This document shows positions 28,721 through 41,214 of a DNA stretch of 64,000 nt, one piece after another (the stretch's first letter is position 1; the number at the start of each line of letters is the position of its first letter). A program made the translations under genes and the position numbers. This DNA comes from Octopus vulgaris (lineage: Eukaryota). The DNA lies in assembly GCA_951406725.2 (NCBI GenBank), contig OX597826.1:55118001-55182000 (forward strand). Direction: 5' to 3'. The notes beneath the pieces were generated by a model, which worked only from the letters and a program-made list of their open reading frames with translations, was not told the DNA's origin and did no database searches.

Positions 28721-29194
28721 TAAATTTACTAATGAGTTGTGTGCCATGCAACTGAAAACCTGGCGTCTGTGTGTTGTAAAAACTTTCTTTTTTTATAAAA
28801 TTGATGAGAAGGCTGAATGAATAAGATTGTATTTACATTAAAAGGGACTTGCGTAAGGTATGTAATGTACCCAGAATTATGATCTTTTGCAGTTCACTTA
28901 TTTGGGGGATGAATATTTCTTTGTTTTGATATCATTCCAAATGTCTCAAAGATATTAGGCAATGATGGGATGTCACATTACCCATGATTTCTATTTTCAA
29001 GACCTAATATTTGCTCAGTTTCTCAAGCGTTTTCACGGACATATTTCAGTTAATAGGGGGCGACGATATCAATTAATAAACGTCTTTCCAACATCGTTAC
29101 ATGCATTTTTGAACAGGTCTTTTGGTACCTTTCTGTTTCAGAATCAGCTCTAAAGTCGTCTGGCTTGTCTACATCACAACCACAATAATTAATT

Positions 29195-29426
29195 ATTTCT
29201 GTATTGTCCACAAGGGATTAAACATAGAAGAGACAAGCAAGGATAGACAAAGGTATTAAGTCGATTACATCGACCCCAGTGCGTAACTGGTACTTAATTT
29301 ATCGACCCCGAAAGGATGAATGGCAAAGTCGACCTCGGCGGAATTTGAACTCAGAACGTAGCGGCAGACAAAATACTGCTAAGCATTTCGCCCGGCGTGC
29401 AAACTTTTCTGCCAACTCGTCGCCTT
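29195..29426 (-). mobile_element. SINE family M copy
   Basis: Near-consensus reverse-complement copy. aaccacaataa occurs on both flanks as a TSD-like repeat. Confidence 0.88.
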
Positions 29427-29785
29427 AAACCACAATAAGTACTATCCTGACCACAAGTATCACGACTGTCGTCGCCGCCGCCACCCACATCCCCCCACCA
29501 CCACTATCATCATCATCATCATCATCACCGTGGTCGTTGTCAGCAGCAGTAGCAGTAGCAGCAGCTTTACACGTTTTCGTCATCAACAACAATAGCAACA
29601 ACATTCTTTATCTCCGAAGTGTTTTTCTTTTTTCAGTCAATTTGTTCACCATAACAGCAACTCAAACACAATTTCAAACAGACGAAACAAAATCAGAAAA
29701 CACATTTGCGAGAAGACTGAGGGCGGTGGTGCAGATGAGTGCAACGGCGGTGGTGATAGATAGAAAGAAAAGAGAAAGAAAGAGA

Positions 29786-29828
<43 letters not shown>

Positions 29829-29987
29829 GTTAGGGTGGAGAAAACTAAAATTAAAATTGGAAAACAAAGATGTTTATGAAATCGCCTGTAGGTAGCTGAC
29901 TGATACACGGTTAAATGATTAATTAGGTGCTAAAACCATATAATTCTTTTCGGCTGTTCCTCTGGTATGTCTGTATATTTTTTACGG

Positions 29988-29988
29988 T

Positions 29989-30074
<86 letters not shown>

Positions 30075-30303
30075 CCTGATCAACTTGAACAGGATTATCA
30101 TGATCATGTTCACAATCATCATCATCGTCATCATCATCATCATCATCATCATCATCGTCATCATCATCATCATCATCATTACCACCATCATCACCACCGT
30201 CATCACAATATTGTCATTGTAATTATTATTGTTGTTTTATTAATTTATCACTACTGGTACAAGTATTGCTAGAAGTAGTAGTAGTTGTAGCAGTTGTAGC
30301 AGT

Positions 30304-30398
<95 letters not shown>
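29988..30398. repeat. Compound (CAT)n/(TAT)n/(CAG)n/(TAG)n microsatellites
   Basis: Directly visible. Confidence 0.95.
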
Positions 30399-30399
<1 letters not shown>

Positions 30400-30799
30400 T
30401 TTTCCCTTGTTGAAAATGTGTTTTTTTTAAAATCTTTTTGTTGACGCTGCAGTTTGCAACAGTGTTCGTATTTTTTATTCCTAAAGTTGTGAAATCTGTG
30501 AAATTCATCTCACTAAAAATGCTTATAAATAGTTTATTAACAAAGTAATAAAAATAAAAGCAAAAAAATGAAAAACAAAAGAATATTTAGCACAATAAAT
30601 GTCTCTGTAAAAATAGCAAGGAGAACTTTAATTCAGCATATTCAAAAATGAACATAAGAAAACAAGAGAGAGGATAACCCTAACAATAAGAACAACATCA
30701 AGACAGCAATGCCGTCATCACCACTGCCACTGCTACTACTACTACTACCATCATCACCATCACCAATAATAATGATAATATTGATTTCAAATTTTGGCA

Positions 30800-31176
30800 C
30801 AAGATCCCCACCCAGCACAAAGCAGTATCTGTAGACCGTGCGGTTTCATCAGTACAGAATAACTCTTCAGCTGAGATGGTACTGCTAAACACCCGTTCGA
30901 GAATAGACAATAATTTTCTAAATGACTCACAATCACTGATCTAATAGAATACTGCTTAATGCTGGGTAAGGGTGCTAACCTCCCCTGCCCGAAAATATAA
31001 GAACACAGATCGCGTGTCGTATAGCCAGCCGGAGACGATGTCTCCTGGGGCTAAATAACAGTAGCATTCGCCTCAAAATGGGACTGCCACATTAGGTTGG
31101 CAAAAAATTGCTACTTTAAAGTGCTGCTACTGAATATCTCTCGCTAAGAGATTTAGAAGCAACAATACTTCCACTA
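30800..31176 (-). mobile_element. Fold-back HHR element, copy C (hammerhead plus the opposite arm)
   Basis: 31000-31176 aligns to arm 19357-19535 (tagcca.c.gga.acg..tcctgggg.taaataaca..gactgccacatta.gttg..gagatttagaa). HHR at 30822-30885. Confidence 0.68.
30822..30885 (-). ncRNA. Type I hammerhead ribozyme, partly degenerate
   Basis: Minus strand: gcaguaccaucucag CUGAAGA guuauucuguacugau GAAA ccgcacgg UC uacagauacugc. Core intact, stem III accg/cggu, proximal stem I mismatched. Confidence 0.62.
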
Positions 31177-31197
31177 TATATGTATATATATATATAT

Positions 31198-31528
31198 AAA
31201 GACCCCCTTCGGTCATGAATGACCATGGGATTGCACCTAGAAAGTTACCCTCCTAGACTCAAGTCCGGGCAAGGTTGTTTATGGAAGACCAGCAGTCGCC
31301 CATGCATACCAGCCTCCCTCTCCACGCCACTGATGTTATCCAAGGGAAAGACAAAGGTCGATACAGCTTGGCAGCAGTGACGTCGGAACTCATTTCTACA
31401 GCTGAGTGAACTGGAGCAACGTGAAATAAAGTGCCTTGCTCAAGAACACAACACGCAGCCCGGTCCGGGATTCGAGCTCACAACCTCACGATCGTAAAGC
31501 TCGACGCTCTAACCACTGAGCCATGCGC

Positions 31529-31530
<2 letters not shown>
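31198..31530 (-). mobile_element. tRNA-derived CORE-type SINE (family C), young copy
   Basis: Minus strand head aggcgcatggctcagtggttagagcg (A box), gagctcgaatccc (B box), CORE-like gtgttcttgagcaaggcactttatttc. Confidence 0.9.
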
Positions 31531-31613
<83 letters not shown>

Positions 31614-31618
31614 ATTAC

Positions 31619-31714
31619 TAGAAGGAGCTTACAGGACTAGTACTGTTTCATTCAAGAGAAATCTTCAGGACGATTTCTCTTGAATGAAACAGTAGTATCA
31701 CCAAACTCCTTCTA
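31619..31714. repeat. Palindrome built from two head-to-head hammerhead halves
   Basis: Perfect 23-bp arms 31641-31663 / 31672-31694 with an 8-nt loop, and outer tagaaggag/ctccttcta. Minus strand reads CUGAAGA uuucucuugaau GAAA caguacuag UC. Confidence 0.75.
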
Positions 31715-31819
31715 TATAATAAATTAATTTTACTCTGCTATGTATTGAGTACCTTACTTACTGTGGTTAACCCCGAATCAACCCGGGACCTACATATATA
31801 TATATATATATATATATAT

Positions 31820-31942
<123 letters not shown>

Positions 31943-32452
31943 GCTATATTAAATCTCTGAGGGAGATGTAAAATGTAGCAATGCGAATCGTAAAATATAG
32001 TTGCCATCCAAGTGTGGCGTCCTATAGGGGACAATGCTACTGACGTCTATAGCTATTTCTTCTACTAAAAAAGGAGATCTCAATCCTTTCATTCACACTT
32101 TGGGTTTGGTGATACTAGTTGCGGATTCTAGCTCGCTCTGATACTGAGTTGAGTTGGTGCCTTCTAGTATCTCAAAATTCAATATATAATCACTTATGAT
32201 TATAGTATTCTACGCTGAAGAGAAAAGAAGTTTGGGTAACGTAGAATTATTTAATATTTAATTCTCATGCTTTCCTAAAAACTTGATTTCGAAACGTGCG
32301 TCCGTAGATAACTTAAAATTGTATGATAGATTGCCGTCAATTCATTCTCTCTTACCTGTTTGTGTCTGCCTTCCAATTGCTGTGTTTTTTACTGAGATCT
32401 CCCTTTTTAGTAGAAGAAATAGCTATAACTCTTTGACTGCTATTTCTAAATT
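31943..32452 (+). mobile_element. Fold-back HHR element, copy D (diverged subfamily)
   Basis: Left arm resembles 19168-19275 (aaatctct.ag.gaga.gta..gtagca..gttgcca..gtggc.gtcc..aatgctactg). 32048-32082 and 32393-32427 are 34/35 inverted repeats enclosing an intact HHR. Confidence 0.72.
32209..32308 (+). ncRNA. Intact type I hammerhead ribozyme with extended stem II
   Basis: ucuacg CUGAAGA gaaa..(aaguuu/aaacuu, agaauua/uaauucu)..uuuc GAAA cgugcg UC cguaga. Perfect 6-bp stem I, G10.1-C11.1 pair, GUC cleavage predicted after 32302. Confidence 0.9.
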
Positions 32453-32614
32453 CGGTCTGTGGTAAGGCAATTCGTTGCTAAACCCTTTATTGCTTAGTAT
32501 TACTTAAATTTTCCTCGAATGAGGCTTTTACATGCCGAAGACTACTTGGTGTAATTGATAATTATTCCAAATTAATTAATTTCACCCTTCATTATTATGT
32601 ATATATATATATAT

Positions 32615-32945
32615 AAAGACCCCCTTCGGTCATGAATGACCATGGGATTGCACCTAGAAAGTTACCCTCCTAGACTCAAGTCCGGGCAAGGTTGTTTATG
32701 GAAGACCAGCAGTCGCCCATGCATACCAGCCTCCCCTCTCCACGCCACTGATGTTATCCAAGGGAAAGACAAAGGTCGATACAGCTTGGCAGCAGTGACG
32801 TCGGAACTCATTTCTACAGCTGAGTGAACTGGAGCAACGTGAAATAAAGTGCCTTGCTCAAGAACACAACACGCAGCCCGGTCCGGGATTCGAGCTCACA
32901 ACCTCACGATCGTACGCTCGACGCTCTAACCACTGAGCCATGCGC

Positions 32946-32947
<2 letters not shown>
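32615..32947 (-). mobile_element. tRNA-derived CORE-type SINE (family C), duplicate of 31198-31530
   Basis: Essentially identical to 31198-31530 (only visible difference cgtaaagctcg vs cgtacgctcg). Confidence 0.9.
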
Positions 32948-33003
<56 letters not shown>

Positions 33004-33076
33004 AATGAAACTCTCTCTCTCTCTCTGCTATGTATAGTACCTACTTACTGTGGTTAACCCCGAATCAACCGGGACC

Positions 33077-33216
<140 letters not shown>

Positions 33217-33344
33217 AACGCTATATTAAATCTCTGAGGGAGATGTAAAATGTAGCAATGCGGAATCGTAAAATATAGTTGCCAACCAAGTGTGGCGTCC
33301 TATAGGGGACAATGCTACTGACGTCTATAGCCCGTATTTCTCCT

Positions 33345-33605
33345 TCATGGTTTTGAGAAACCTAATTTCTCAAGATTGGTATTTAGGCAGTGTATAACAT
33401 ATCCCAGTGCCCCAATATTTACATGTTTTATAAACCTGAACATGTTATCTGGATAAAGTAACTGTAGATTTCTCAATAATTCAGCGTAGGTATTCTTTTT
33501 CTCACTGATTTTCAGTTTTATGTTAACATCCACTAGGTAGCTAATTTCCACAACTGTACACAGTTTCTCTTCTCCATCCCAAGTCATTATACCAGGTCTG
33601 TTGTG
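33345..33605 (-). mobile_element. Restriction-like endonuclease (RLE) fragment of a non-LTR retrotransposon
   Basis: [45 protein letters not shown] matches the RPD..E..K..Y..G.LG RLE pattern. Confidence 0.8.
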
Positions 33606-33648
33606 CTTTATAGATGTATGGAAGTACGTGCATATGTATATGTTTATA

Positions 33649-33719
<71 letters not shown>

Positions 33720-34832
33720 TTATATGTATATATATATGTATATATATATTTATATATATACATACATATATATATACATATATATAAGTATTATGTGTAT
33801 GTATATATTATATATACATGTATAGTTATTAATTATATATTATGTAATCATATATATATTCTTAAAGATATTGATGTAAAATTTGTCCTCACATTTATAT
33901 GTATACATATTTATATATTGTAACAACAAAGTAACACAGTAACTTAGACACGTTTATAGATACACAGAAATATACAATCATGCATACACAGACATATATA
34001 CATACATGCATGTTTACATACACTTCTGTATACATACACACATTACGCGATACTTGGGTAAAGGCTTGTATAGACACAATATATCGGCCCAGCGCTGTGT
34101 ATAGTTCTATACCCATAATTACGTCTATACATAATTTAAGAATATTATTTACATATATGTAAATTAGTAATCCTCATCAAATTTACATAAATTCACAATT
34201 GTCGCGTGCACATATCGGTAAATTTTTCGCAACAACAGCCCATCGTTGTTAAGAAGCGGCATTCTGTCAAATATTTATGTTTCACAGACAGCAACTGTAA
34301 AATTTTCGGCCATTTTCTTTCGTTACTTCGTTTTCTTATTGATATATTTAGTGTTTTATTTTATCTTACTTTAATCGTAATTGCTCTTTTGCTTCTTCAA
34401 ATCTCCGTTTCTGCCACAAATCCTGTTGCACAACATTTTCCTGCATATTTTAGTAAATGCAGAATTTTACGCTAATTTGCCGAAATCTTCTACTTTGTAT
34501 TTCATTTTATTTTCACTTTCATTTTTGGTTTTATAATATCTATAGATTTTTCTCTTTCGTTTCTTTAAAGTTTTCAGTTCGATTAGGACCTCATAGATAC
34601 GGATATGTTTGGCAAATTGATTTCATGTTTTGACTACATGCATTGTGTTGAGGTAAAACGAGGCTGATGATCATCTTGAAAACCACAGTTTTTTTTTTTT
34701 AGAAGATGGTTATTTTATGAATTTTTCGCTCATTATTGAACGCAATGCATCAACGGATTTCATGGTGATCATGGGGGCTTCACTATCATAATTTACAAAG
34801 GTCTTTGAAGATGTCGAGAATTGATATGTCTG

Positions 34833-34876
<44 letters not shown>

Positions 34877-34877
34877 G

Positions 34878-34941
<64 letters not shown>

Positions 34942-35290
34942 GTAACAGAGGGAGATAAGGAGGCAGAAAGAAACGGATATGTGTTTGCGCGTGACTGTAT
35001 TAGTTTCTTAATGTTAATGTTGGGGTTCCTATAAAAATATTTATTGATGAAACGATTCAGCACTTTAATAAAAAAAAATCAAATTTATTACGATTTGTGC
35101 TGACTGAAACTTCGGGTTTCGCTTCAATCGTGTTTTGGAAGTTGCAAATGGTCAGCGAATCTCTCTCTCTCTCTCTACCTCTTTCTTTCTCTCTTTTTTT
35201 CTATCTCTCTCTCTTTCTCTTTCTCCCTCTCTATCTCTATATATACATGAATCAATCTATCTATATATATATATTTATATATATACTGAT

Positions 35291-35400
35291 CTTTAACAGG
35301 AAAACTATTGACAGCGACTTCGAAGTCTCGGCTGGCTAACTGAACACCGGAATAGCTGGCTCAAACTTCGACGTCACTGTCAGTACTATTCTTGTTAAAG
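35291..35400. repeat. 110-bp imperfect palindrome (MITE-like hairpin)
   Basis: ctttaacaggaaaactattgacagcgacttcgaagt is an imperfect inverted match to acttcgacgtcactgtcagtactattcttgttaaag. Pairing continues inward to a loop of about 14 nt. Confidence 0.75.
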
Positions 35401-35485
35401 AATAATTAATTTGTACCCTACTACAAGTATTGAGTAATCCTTCAGTTTAATGTAAAATTATTTTCTTATAACAAAAACAAACACT

Positions 35486-35537
<52 letters not shown>

Positions 35538-35539
35538 TA

Positions 35540-35730
35540 TGCCATGATAGATCGCTAGCTACTATACATTGTTTATTTTCTCTCCTTGTTTCTTTCTGTG
35601 TTCCTTTCTGTGGAAGAGCGTGGGCTCGAAACGTTAAAGACTTTTTCATTTCCCGAGCATTATACTAACACATCTGTTTGTTGTCTACACCACCTGTCTT
35701 TGTCTTTTGTTCTTTTGTGAATTCTCCCCC

Positions 35731-35732
<2 letters not shown>
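35540..35732 (+). mobile_element. Penelope pLTR-like short repeat with variant minimal HHR motif (35604-35639)
   Basis: Homologous to 20595-20812. Motif cttt CTGTGGA agagcgtgggctc GAAA cg TT aaag. (TA)n on both sides. Confidence 0.58.
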
Positions 35733-35765
<33 letters not shown>

Positions 35766-35931
35766 AGGCATACGTATAAGTGCGTGTCTTTGTATGTGTG
35801 TGTGTGCGTGTATATATATGTATTCATGTTATTCAATCATGTTTGGGAAGTTGCAAATTGTCAGTGAATCTCTCTGTCTCTCTCCCTCTTGTCGCTCTCT
35901 CCCTCTTTGTCTCTCTCTCTCTCTCTCTTTC

Positions 35932-35972
<41 letters not shown>

Positions 35973-36367
35973 GATCATTCACATATTTGTTATATTTGTG
36001 CCCCTGAGAGACTGTTGGCTCACAATATTGTATGCGAGTGCGTTTATGTGTGTATGTATGTGTGTTTTAGTAGTTGCTAGAGATTATGCGCGCAGTTTAT
36101 GCATTTATGTGTATGTCTACTGTTTTTATTTTGAATACTCTGACTTCTTCCTATACAACATGACTGGTTTCCGACAAAGAGACACGAGTCCACGGCCGGA
36201 ATTTCCATAGCAGCAGTGATGACGATTTGTATGTTGAATTTTAGAAACTCTTTATCTATAACTTCTGTAGCTATTAAATGCTGAACAGGAAAATTTCATG
36301 TTATTTGTCCACTTGTTTTGACAATAAAAAACACAGATATTTAAGATTAATATATTGTGGCAAGTTT

Positions 36368-36500
36368 CTTGCTTACCAACCACATGATTCCGGTTCAGTC
36401 CTGCTGCATGGCACTTTGGGCAAGTGTCTTCTACTATAGCCTCGGGCCGACCAAAGCCTTGTGAGTGGATTTTGTAGATGGAAACTGAAAGAAGCCCGTC

Positions 36501-36556
<56 letters not shown>

Positions 36557-36790
36557 GTGTGTGTGTGTGTGTGTATATGTTTGTGTACCTGTGTTTATCC
36601 CCCCAACATCGCTTGACAACCGATGCTGGTGTGTTTATGTCCCAGCAACTTAGCGGTTCGGCCAATGAGACCGATAGAATAAGTAAAGAATAAGTTCTGG
36701 GGTCGATTTGCTCGACTAAAGGCCATGCTTCAGCATGGCTACAGTCAAATGACTGAAACAAGTAAAAGAGTATATCAGTAAAAGAGTAAA
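36368..36790 (+). mobile_element. SINE family O copy
   Basis: cttgcttaccaaccacatg..gggcaagtgtcttctactatagcctcgggccgacc..(TA)n(TG)n..gactgaaacaagtaaaagag. Confidence 0.88.
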
Positions 36791-36899
36791 TGCCCCAGTA
36801 ATTATTGGTACCAGCGTAAATTAATAATTGGGTTGCAATGATCTGTCCGTTAATGTTACTTTATTCATTGAATTTGAAAGAATGATTCGCAACCCTATG

Positions 36900-37400
36900 T
36901 GAGTGAGCATGTATGACAGTTTAATTTTGGACTAGTAGATTGTTCTCATCAAGACTTCTGTCAAATGCATGCAAAACAGAGCTAAGATATTAGTTACGAA
37001 AAATATGGTTACGTTATAACTTTCATGGGCTGGAGTATTATTGACATCGGTAGCGAAACCATGGAGATATCTAACAGGGAACTGATGATGGGTGTTCCTA
37101 ACATACGTGGTGCGTTATCTTTTTCTTTTCGTTTACATCTATCGCCAACATCACTAAAATTAATTTCGAATCCAGAAATTGTATAAAGTATATTATAAAA
37201 GTAGGTTTATGGCTGGAATTAGAAAGCGTACGCTTAGACCAGAGACAAACTTAATTAACGATGCGTTAAATGCTGCTAGAACAGCTTCTGCAATGTAATA
37301 TACAAACGTTCTAGCGTGAATATGTCGCAGAATGTTAAATTCTGGTGAGCAATCTGGGATTAGCTTACTAATATGGCAGAAATTAAAACAACGCATGCGC
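36900..37400 (-). mobile_element. Possible pogo/Tigger-type (DDE_1) transposase relic
   Basis: Minus remnants AVLAAFNAS, DNAPR and IILQPM occur in the order expected for pogo transposases (NASG, DNAPGH, LQPMD). Very decayed. Confidence 0.4.
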
Positions 37401-37563
37401 CAGATGAAGCTGGGATATATAAAATTGTGAATTTAGTGTTTGGTAAAAAGAAAAAGTATGAAATATATATAAATATAAAACGTGTAAGTTTTATTTATGA
37501 GACATAAATATATACATATGTATGACCCTGACTCTACTCTTATAACCATTATAGTCATATGAA

Positions 37564-37747
<184 letters not shown>

Positions 37748-37788
37748 ATCTATCCATCCACCTATCCCTCTGTCTGTCTATCTATAAG

Positions 37789-37819
<31 letters not shown>

Positions 37820-37844
37820 CTATGTATGTATATGTGTATGTATG

Positions 37845-37919
<75 letters not shown>

Positions 37920-37968
37920 AATAATATATATATATATATATATATGCACGTATATATATATATGTATG

Positions 37969-38015
<47 letters not shown>

Positions 38016-38357
38016 GTATATATATATATGTATATATATATGTATATATATATATATAAATACATGCACTTACATATGTGAATAAATGTAGTTGAGCATA
38101 TGTCTTTCTGTTTACTTGTCTCTTGCACATCAGTGCGTCCAGATGCAGAGATAAGTGTGTGGATGCGTGACAACTGTGCCTGCATTTATATGCATCTAAT
38201 TGCATTTTAATGTAAGACTAAGTCGTTATTAGGAAACGCCGGTGAATATGTAAAGGTAAATTTTAAGTAATTTTATATTTGTATGTTTTAACACCTGCTT
38301 CGCTACCTATCAATATGTGTGTATGTATGTATGTATCTGTCCTTCTATCTACCTATT

Positions 38358-38428
<71 letters not shown>

Positions 38429-38513
38429 AGATATATAGATATAACTATAGCTATATATATATATATATATATACATACATATATAGGAAGTATATATATA
38501 TACACACATACAC

Positions 38514-38577
<64 letters not shown>

Positions 38578-39326
38578 GTAATATGCATTAGTTTGCAGCC
38601 TAATAAATCTTCATCCATCATTTTGATCTCTCCCGAACTAATGAACTATTTCATCACGCACACAGGCATACGCACTCTCTCTCTCTCACACACACACGCT
38701 CACACACACACAAACATACACACACACACAAACAAACACACACACACACACACATATATTTGTGAGGCGCATGTCTGTATGTGTGTGTGTATGATGCAAT
38801 GTACTGAGCGTTTTCATACATTGCTAGCCATAATTACATGAAAAGAGAACGACTGTTACTCTGTGTGCGGACGTAAGTTGCGTTCGAAGCCCCTGTATGT
38901 CATTGCCTAACTGTGTGTGTGTCCCCATTTATACGTGATGTTTGTAATACATGTGTGTGTATGTGTGTTTTACGGTCATTGTTTCTATGCATTAAGCGTT
39001 CCATTAAAAGTCTAATGTAGTTATATCAGTGGTGTGTGAGCATATGGTCCAGCCGGATGCAGAATTTGGGGAAAATTATTATTCATATGAAATCGATATA
39101 TAAATGTACATTGTGCTATATAAAAACCTAAGTTGTAACCCGACTTTTATCTAGACAATGATATTCCCTATGAGGTATATGTGGGTCTAGACAGTGCTTG
39201 AATACGTGTTTATTTTACCTTTATCATATTTTCCACCTCATAAGTGGTTTCAAAATGTGGGTTTATTGGCCAGGATGAACATATTTGGTGTGAATTACTC
39301 TAAAATGAATATTTGTATTCATACAT

Positions 39327-39704
39327 AGGCTCAGATGCGGCTCTGTGGTAGGAAGAAGCTTACTATCCAACTACATGGTTAAGGGGTTCAATCCCACTGC
39401 GTGGCACATCGGCCAAATATCTTCTACTATAGCCTCGAGCCGACCACTTTGTACTGCAACTTTGTACTGAGGAAAGCAAACTCCGAATGACCCGTCCTTG
39501 TTTTCTTTGTATCGTCTATCTGGATGTTTTGTTGTCCCTTTCTTGTATCACCTAACTGTCTGGGCTGGGTGTTTTGCGTTCTTGTCCTATTTTGTATTTT
39601 ATATATATATATATATATGCATGTGTATATATATATATATATATACCTATTTGGAAGCCTCTTATTATATTTATATATATATATATATGTATGTATGTAT
39701 ACGT

Positions 39705-39772
<68 letters not shown>

Positions 39773-40022
39773 TATTTATTTACATGCGTATGTATATGTG
39801 TGTTTGTCTTTGTATCTGTGTTTGTCTCCCCACCACGCGGTTTGACTGCCAGTGGTGGAATATTTACGTTTCCGTAAGTTAGCGGTTCGACAAAAGAATC
39901 CGATAGAATAAGTACCAGGTTTTTAAAGAAAGTAAGTCCCTGTTCGATACATTCGAATAAAAATTCTTCAAGGCGGTGCCCCAGCATGGCTGCACTCTAA
40001 AGACTACAACAAGTAAAAGATA
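39327..40022 (+). mobile_element. SINE family O copy interrupted by an unrelated insert (about 39445-39600)
   Basis: Head to cttctactatagcctcgagccgacca, then insert and (TA)n, then the family 3' half to aagtaaaaga. Confidence 0.78.
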
Positions 40023-40067
40023 AAATATAATGATGCTCAAAATAGGGCCCAATATTCTTTTCTATTC

Positions 40068-40270
40068 TAGACCCAAGGCCCGAAATTTTGGGGAATGGGG
40101 TCAGTCGATTAGATCGACCCTAGAAAGCAACTTGCTGTTAATTTATCGGTCCCGAAATGATGAAAGGCAAAGTCGACCTCGGCGGAATTTGAACTCAGTG
40201 CGTATGGACACACGAAATAACTCTATGCATTTCGCCCGGCGTGCTAGCGTTTCTGCCAGCTCGCCGCCTT
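40068..40270 (-). mobile_element. SINE family M copy
   Basis: gatgaaaggcaaagtcgacctcggcggaatttgaactcag..gcgtttctgccagctcgccgcctt. Confidence 0.85.
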
Positions 40271-40546
40271 ATAATAAGGTACAGAATTGTTTCAATAATG
40301 TACTTTTTAAAGTCTTTGTAAAACCCTTGAACGTTGGGTTGTTTTTCAGATAATTGAAAAATGGTTCAGAACAGACATTTTATGTGGTTAAGGAGCTATT
40401 TTTGCTACCACATGCATGGTTTCTGTTTCAGGCTTACTTCTTGTCAACCAGGAGTATTTCACTATAGCCCCGAAGCCTTCAATGCACTATGAGTGAATCT
40501 GACACATAGAAACACACACACACACACACACACACATAAATATATA

Positions 40547-40579
<33 letters not shown>

Positions 40580-40746
40580 AACAAATCAAATTGCGATAAA
40601 ATAAAAATAATTATAATCTCTGGTATTACTAACACAAGCCATATATTTTTCATATATCAGTACATTAAGGCGAAATATGTGCTAGGAATACAGAAGCTTG
40701 ATAAATTAAGTGAAATGAAGATAAAAACATTTACTAAACCGGTAAT

Positions 40747-40818
40747 TCTCAGACTGCAGTTTCTTTCTTTTCAGCAATAAAGATAATTTATTTGCTCAGG
40801 GAGAATTCTTCAGTGAGA
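40747..40818 (-). ncRNA. Type I hammerhead ribozyme, array unit 1
   Basis: ucuca CUGAAGA auucu-cccug-agcaaauaaa uuauc uuuauugcu-gaaa-agaaa GAAA cugcag UC ugaga. Stem I ucuca/ugaga, palindromic stem III acugcagu, cut predicted between 40752 and 40751. Confidence 0.85.
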
Positions 40819-41142
40819 CCCTGTTTTTCTGGGATCCTAACTCACTAGAAGCATGTGCGTCTAATGATTTACTCTCCCTAACTAATCATATCACTGCGCA
40901 GACTCCGAACGTCCCGACAACACTAGGGAATTCTGGTATATCGCCTGGCGCTCATAATTTATCGAGAAATATGTAAACAAATCAAATTGCGATAAAATAA
41001 AAATAATTATAATCGCTGGTATTACTAACACAAGCCATATATTTTTCATATATCAGTACATTAAGGCGAAATATGTGCTAGGAATACAGAAGCTTGATAA
41101 ATTAAGTGAAATGAAGATAAAAACATTTACTAAACCGGTAAT

Positions 41143-41214
41143 TCTCAGACTGCAGTTTCTTTCTTTTCAGCAATAAAGATAATTTATTTGCTCAGGGAGA
41201 ATTCTTCAGTGAGA
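41143..41214 (-). ncRNA. Type I hammerhead ribozyme, array unit 2
   Basis: Same motif as unit 1. Confidence 0.85.

Noticed and set aside
31460-31530. tRNA genes at SINE heads (also 32880-32947 and 47903-47975)
   Set aside because: A and B boxes are present but run straight into SINE bodies, with no complete cloverleaf or acceptor stem.
32100-32172. Second, antisense hammerhead in fold-back copy D (ambisense, viroid-like pair)
   Set aside because: The minus strand gives only cuagaagg..gcaa cuag ua. Both core boxes are altered and stem I does not pair. The shared agtatcaccaaac with 31694-31706 is suggestive but insufficient.
36150-36222. Degenerate minus-strand HHR (ctgctgc..gaaaccagtc)
   Set aside because: Two core mutations and an imperfect stem III; at best a dead relic.
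39460-39500. HHR-like CTGAGGA..cgaat..gtc in the insert interrupting a SINE
   Set aside because: The GAAA box is broken and no stem I pairing is present.
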